IMG/VR virus record: IMGVR_UViG_2698536428_000013
Location: 1-21,445 of that record
Length of the DNA stretch: 21,445 nt
Source of the DNA: a virus
Lineage: Duplodnaviria; Heunggongvirae; Uroviricota; Caudoviricetes
Direction: 5' to 3' (one strand)
Positions 16,948 to 21,445 of the stretch are shown here, one piece after another. The notes beneath the pieces are model-generated. The model ran no database searches. It had not been told where the DNA came from and saw only the letters and a program-made list of their open reading frames with translations. A program made the position numbers and the translations under genes. Numbering within the stretch: the first letter of the stretch is position 1; each line of letters opens with the position of its first letter.

Positions 16948-17132
16948 AAAACCGTAAAGCAAAGATTCTGTTAGTTCGTAGAAACGCTCCTGGCGTCTGG
17001 CAGTGGGTGAGACTCAGCAACCGACGGATGGGGTTGATGAAATATTACGGGATGATGGATTGTGGTTTTTGCAAAAAGCCCAGCGCGGCGCAAAACCTCT
17101 GGAAAAACCACTTGCGCACTAAAGGAGAGTGA
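16944..17132 (+). CDS. Hypothetical protein, 62 aa
   Basis: SD GGAGAG upstream. Overlaps the previous small ORF. Confidence 0.4.
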   Translation: MKNRKAKILLVRRNAPGVWQWVRLSNRRMGLMKYYGMMDCGFCKKPSAAQNLWKNHLRTKGE

Positions 17133-17133
17133 T

Positions 17134-17649
17134 ATGGCGTTAACACACCGCGAACTCTGTCAGATTGCGTACAAGTTCCTTAAGCGCAACGGGTTCAAGG
17201 TTTGTTTTCATGACCGCTTTATAGCTGTAACCAGTACCGGAGAACAGCCAGATGCTATGGGATTCAGAAATTCAGCATCATGCCTGATAGAGGCGAAGTG
17301 TTCTCGTGCTGACTTGTTGGCAGATAGAAAAAAGCGTTTCCGTAAAAATCCCTCACTTGGCATGGGCGACTGGCGATTCTTTATTAGTGAGCCGGGAATT
17401 ATTTCAGTTGAGGATTTACCTCTCGGCTGGGGATTACTTCACGTTGTTAACGGAAGAGTACGGAAAGTACATGGGTGGCCCAAGGGGAATTGCTGTTGGG
17501 GTAACCCTGAAGATAAACCTTTTATTGGGAATAAGCAGGTTGAATGCGATTACATGTTATCTGCATTAAGGCGCATGGAGTTGAGAGGGCACTTTAATGA
17601 AATATATGACGGTGTAATTGTTAATAAGAAAGAAGGAAACGCGGCATGA
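17134..17649 (+). CDS. Putative PD-(D/E)XK nuclease-superfamily protein, 171 aa
   Basis: SD AGGAG upstream of ATG 17134. Candidate motif GEQPD...LIEAKCS (PD then E-x-K spacing). Confidence 0.5.
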   Translation: MALTHRELCQIAYKFLKRNGFKVCFHDRFIAVTSTGEQPDAMGFRNSASCLIEAKCSRADLLADRKKRFRKNPSLGMGDWRFFISEPGIISVEDLPLGWGLLHVVNGRVRKVHGWPKGNCCWGNPEDKPFIGNKQVECDYMLSALRRMELRGHFNEIYDGVIVNKKEGNAA

Positions 17650-18155
17650 TCACTATTACCAAAGAGCGACTGCAATGGCTGGCTAACATTTCTGGCCGTG
17701 ATGACATTGACGATATAGACGGCGGTGAGATTCGTGAGCTGGCACGGATTGCACTGGCATCACTGGAGCAGAATGTACTATCGGGCAACTCTACGGTAAT
17801 TCCTGGTGAGGTGTTGTCCGCAATCCGGGAGGTTGCCAGGATTCGCGCCGATTTCGATGATTTTGATGGTGACAGGCGAGGTATCGGTGATTGTCTGGAT
17901 GAGGCCGAGCAAGAGCTTATCGTTACCATTAACAAATATGCCAGTCAGTTGGCAGTAGAGCCGGTAGTACCTGATGACGTTCGAGTGCAGACAGCCGTTC
18001 CGCCAGCTCCGGTAATACAGGCTGATATCGCGCAATCAATTGAAAATCTCAAGCAGAAGTTAGTGGAATGCAATCGCTATAACTACTGCGCAGATGCAGT
18101 TAAGGGCGTAGAGGATGCCTGCCGCGCTGCCATGCTTAAGGGAGATAAATCATGA
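17646..18155 (+). CDS. Hypothetical acidic protein, 169 aa
   Basis: ATGA overlap with the upstream gene. No recognisable motif. Confidence 0.5.
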   Translation: MITITKERLQWLANISGRDDIDDIDGGEIRELARIALASLEQNVLSGNSTVIPGEVLSAIREVARIRADFDDFDGDRRGIGDCLDEAEQELIVTINKYASQLAVEPVVPDDVRVQTAVPPAPVIQADIAQSIENLKQKLVECNRYNYCADAVKGVEDACRAAMLKGDKS

Positions 18156-18514
18156 TTAATCGTACCAAGCTGGAGCACATCCTCGAATATGCCAGACAGC
18201 AGAGGCATACTGGTCAGCATTGTAAAATTCCACCAGGGGATATGGTTGAAATCATGGAGATTGCCATGCGCAAGGCTGGCAATTCTCCGGTAACTACGGA
18301 TGGCTGGATAAGCTGTAGTGAGCGAATGCCGAACGATAAACAGTATGTTTGGTGTTGGGGTAAGTCTTACGGCTGGACTGAGTGCGATACCTTCGAAGGG
18401 TATTACGATTGTTCGAGAAACAAATGGTGGGCAGTTACTGACAATGGGGAAGAACCGGCATCGAAAGTAACCCACTGGATGCCGCTACCGGAGCCGCCGC
18501 AGGAGGTGAAGTAA
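18152..18514 (+). CDS. DUF551-like prophage protein, 120 aa
   Basis: Trp/Cys-rich C-terminal motif (WISCSERMP..YVWCWG..WWAVTD..VTHWMPLPEPP) typical of DUF551 proteins, from memory. Confidence 0.55.
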   Translation: MINRTKLEHILEYARQQRHTGQHCKIPPGDMVEIMEIAMRKAGNSPVTTDGWISCSERMPNDKQYVWCWGKSYGWTECDTFEGYYDCSRNKWWAVTDNGEEPASKVTHWMPLPEPPQEVK

Positions 18515-18708
18515 TGAACAACTTAATGACAACTAAACAAGTCGCTGATTTCTGTGGCGTTTCAGTATCGACAGTTCTTCGCTGGAACAGCGTAAACAGG
18601 AGAACTGGCCAGAAATACAGGCCTGACTTCCCAGATCCTGATATTAAATCCTGCCCAAATAAATGGGCATCACGCAAGATATACAGGTTTGCGGGAGTTA
18701 TTGAGTAA
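18514..18708 (+). CDS. Excisionase-like HTH DNA-binding protein (Xis/AlpA family), 64 aa
   Basis: TAATG overlap with the upstream gene. HTH-like segment TTKQVADFCGVSVSTVLRW. Last gene of the PL operon. Confidence 0.5.
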   Translation: MNNLMTTKQVADFCGVSVSTVLRWNSVNRRTGQKYRPDFPDPDIKSCPNKWASRKIYRFAGVIE

Positions 18709-18917
18709 TGAGAGTTAGCCAAGAGGTGAGATAATATCCATCTATGGCACAGAACTAAACATAATCTGACTATATGCTCTGTGCCAAAAACAGATGTTAT
18801 ATCATGTATTGTATGCTCATCCTGCAAAATATAAATTCCGCAGATACCCCTTACCTCTGAATATTAATCCACAATGGATGCGACAAAAAAGATTTTGAGT
18901 TGGCATCAGGCGAAATA

Positions 18918-20051
18918 TTAATAATTATAATACCCCATGCACAATGCCATCTGAGTCATCATATCCTGGTCTCTATCAATATTTATCTTGCCATCAGAAA
19001 AATCCAACACAAAGAAATGATGAAATTTCGGCGGAACAACTTTAGAGTAAAAGCAGAAATACTCATTATTCCTTTCATATTGAAAATTAACGTATATTTT
19101 TTTAATTTTTTTATTTTCCACTAGGTCCATAAACATTTTATTTAAATCTGACCTTTTACTTTCCTTGTCATCATCTTGAAGCTTAGGATCAAAGTAACGT
19201 ATTAAGCAGTTTTCAATAACTCTCCCCTCATTATCAACATCAATTTCATCCAGTAGAGAATTTGAAATATTAAAGACCACATTACATTTATTATTCAGAG
19301 ATATAATCCTTGGATTAAATATACTAAAACAAACAAAAAAATCATTATCGTCATTTGAAACGCTATACAGCATCTTTGATAAGCCACGGTGAATAAAATC
19401 AACAGGGCGCCGATGCGGATGACGTGTATATCCTACGTAATGCACTTCTGTATGAATTCCTAAATCAATATAATGTCCGTTTACGAAATCATGAACTGAC
19501 ATCACACATAAATTGCCATTTTCATATTCAATGTAGAGAAACTTCTCAGTTACTCTAACATTTGGAGTTACCTTCACTACCCCATTCTGCGTAAACGTGC
19601 AAAAGGAATATTTTATCCGAAGCTTTCGCTCTTCTTTGCCAATCAACAGAGTGAATACTATATTTTTTGTGAATGGGTTATACCTAGGCTGTTTCTTGGT
19701 TGAAAACCTCACTTTTTTTCTTGAACCTAAGAAATAAATAAATCTCTTTTCACAGCTTTCCCTCGTATATTTTTCCATAATTCTGAGATAGTTCTTTATT
19801 ATCTTATTTGTTCTTATATCATCAGGAGGATTAATTATCATATCATACCAAATACAATCGGTGTTAATGAGATCAATCCACAATGACTTATCGGCTTCTG
19901 AGAAAACCACGTTAGAGTTTATAAAATCAAAGTTTCCGCGAGTCATAAAACACTTCATCACATTAAAAATCACCTGCACATAATAAATTAAGTAGCAGAA
20001 GGTTCGCAAACCCTTACTTCTGTTTGTGCTATGATATTTTTCATAATTCAT
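18918..20051 (-). CDS. A+T-rich hypothetical cargo protein, 377 aa
   Basis: Long minus-strand ORF. Sampled 60-nt lines count about 18-30% G+C, against about 45-58% for neighbouring phage genes. Lies between the excisionase-like gene and the integrase. No motif recognised. Confidence 0.6.
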   Translation of the reverse strand: MNYEKYHSTNRSKGLRTFCYLIYYVQVIFNVMKCFMTRGNFDFINSNVVFSEADKSLWIDLINTDCIWYDMIINPPDDIRTNKIIKNYLRIMEKYTRESCEKRFIYFLGSRKKVRFSTKKQPRYNPFTKNIVFTLLIGKEERKLRIKYSFCTFTQNGVVKVTPNVRVTEKFLYIEYENGNLCVMSVHDFVNGHYIDLGIHTEVHYVGYTRHPHRRPVDFIHRGLSKMLYSVSNDDNDFFVCFSIFNPRIISLNNKCNVVFNISNSLLDEIDVDNEGRVIENCLIRYFDPKLQDDDKESKRSDLNKMFMDLVENKKIKKIYVNFQYERNNEYFCFYSKVVPPKFHHFFVLDFSDGKINIDRDQDMMTQMALCMGYYNY

Positions 20052-20209
20052 CGATTGGCATCCCTACATCCTTAGTCCCACAGTAACCCAATAAACCATC
20101 AAACTCCTGCCGACACCCCAAATACTGAAGCTACCGGTTAACGTAGTCTGGCTAAAAACCCAGTACACAAGGTATCCGCAGCGGACTGGCAGATATGATT
20201 ACGCTCTGG

Positions 20210-21445
20210 CTACGCAAACTGTCCGTTGGAGATTAAGTCAGTACAAGTAACGATCGATTCAACCCTCTCCCACCATGCCCAGTAAGCTTTACGCTGTTCT
20301 TCTAGATAATCGCTCTTATCATAAACTTGCCATACACCTGGCAGTTTATGACCAAGCATTATTTCAGCAATATGAGGAGCAGTAAGATCAGAAAAGTTTG
20401 TTCGTGCTGTTCGTCTCAAATCATGAAGAGACCAATGAGGAAATTGATACCCCAAACGTCGCCATGCGAACTGCATTAAATTGTAAGGCAGCGACTGCAA
20501 TGATGTCCGACCAACTGGCTCCCTGCTTCCTTCCTTAGTAAAAAGCATATCGGAACCGTTGTTCATAGAGATAACGTATTTTATAAGCTCTTCAACCGGT
20601 TCAATAATGGGCCGCTTTAGCGGTTCGCCTGTTATGTCCCCAGTCTTATGTCGTTCTGGTGGTACAGTCCATACCTTATCTATGAAATCAAAATCATCCA
20701 CCCGGGCAGTAATTAGCTCTGAACTACGGCAACCAAAATGCAGCAATAGTTTAATGAAGGCCCGGTATTTAGGAACCATTCGAGAACCATCGATCGCAGC
20801 ATAAAGGATTTTAATTTCATCATGTGTCAGAAACCGTTTCTTCTGACCTTTACGGATATCCATATCTTTACCCGTGATATCCGACAGCGGGCGAGTTTCA
20901 ATGAGCTTTCTCTTATACGCCCAGACATGGGCCTGCTTTGCGTTAATTAGCAATCGGTCTGCTATTGCTGGAGTCTTAGTGCTAAGAGGCTCCAGGACCT
21001 CTAACCAATCATGCAATGTAGCTACATCGTGAGGGATACTCCCGATTTTAGAGAACAGGTGCAGCTCAAATGAGCGGAGTATCTGCTCAGAACCTTTTTT
21101 ATTTTTTACACAATATGCTGCATACCAGGCACGGATCACAGACTCCACCGTCATGGCTTCAGTAGCTTTGCGTTTTTCTACCTGCTTGACCAATCGTGGA
21201 TTGCGGTTTGACTCGAGTTCACCACGAAGACGGATAACTTCTTCTCTGGCCTCTTTTAATCCAGTTGCCGGGTAAGTTCCGATATCAAGGCGCTCGCCTT
21301 TCCCTGCCCATTGATAACGATATTGGAACACTACGCGACCTTTCGGTGATACTCTGACAGACAAACCATCACGATCGGATTTAACCAAAACCTTATCACG
21401 TTCCTTTCCAACGACTGAACGCAACCACGCATCAGACAACGCCAT
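20210..21445 (-). CDS. int: Tyrosine integrase (P4-type, N-terminal arm-binding domain), 411 aa
   Basis: N-terminus MALSDAWLRSVVGKERDKVLVKSDRDGLSVRVSPKG is typical of P4-like integrases. C-terminal catalytic motifs HDLRRTARTN and Y in VYDKSDYLEEQR. The start codon is the last 3 bases of the window. Confidence 0.85.
   Translation of the reverse strand: MALSDAWLRSVVGKERDKVLVKSDRDGLSVRVSPKGRVVFQYRYQWAGKGERLDIGTYPATGLKEAREEVIRLRGELESNRNPRLVKQVEKRKATEAMTVESVIRAWYAAYCVKNKKGSEQILRSFELHLFSKIGSIPHDVATLHDWLEVLEPLSTKTPAIADRLLINAKQAHVWAYKRKLIETRPLSDITGKDMDIRKGQKKRFLTHDEIKILYAAIDGSRMVPKYRAFIKLLLHFGCRSSELITARVDDFDFIDKVWTVPPERHKTGDITGEPLKRPIIEPVEELIKYVISMNNGSDMLFTKEGSREPVGRTSLQSLPYNLMQFAWRRLGYQFPHWSLHDLRRTARTNFSDLTAPHIAEIMLGHKLPGVWQVYDKSDYLEEQRKAYWAWWERVESIVTCTDLISNGQFA

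Overview
This window is a lambdoid prophage, in reverse orientation to the canonical lambda map. From recalled lambda protein sequences (no database search was possible), Cro, CI, O, P, Ren, NinB, NinG and cIII are near-identical to lambda, and the OR and OL operators and the ori iterons are recognisable by eye. The order on the minus strand is cro, cII-like, O, P, ren, tR2-like terminator, ninB, Dam-like methyltransferase, ninE, ORF6N-like, Roi/Rha-like, ninG, Q, then a TerB-like gene and a NanS-p-like esterase. On the plus strand it is cI, a gene in the rexAB position, t_imm, OL/PL, a P22-type N, a 207-aa unknown, cIII, kil, a Sak4-like module, a run of small overlapping ORFs and an excisionase-like gene. 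The right end has an A+T-rich 377-aa gene and a P4-type tyrosine integrase, both on the minus strand. No stx, rexA/rexB, Red exo/bet/gam or CRISPR array is present. The two strongest candidates for an undescribed system are the 332-aa single-pass membrane protein that replaces rexAB next to cI (10982-11980) and the A+T-rich cargo gene between xis and int (18918-20051). Weaker candidates are the TerB-like gene plus a 50-aa hydrophobic ORF in the stx-equivalent position, and the 207-aa protein after N. All product calls rest on motif recognition and memory and need confirmation by homology search.
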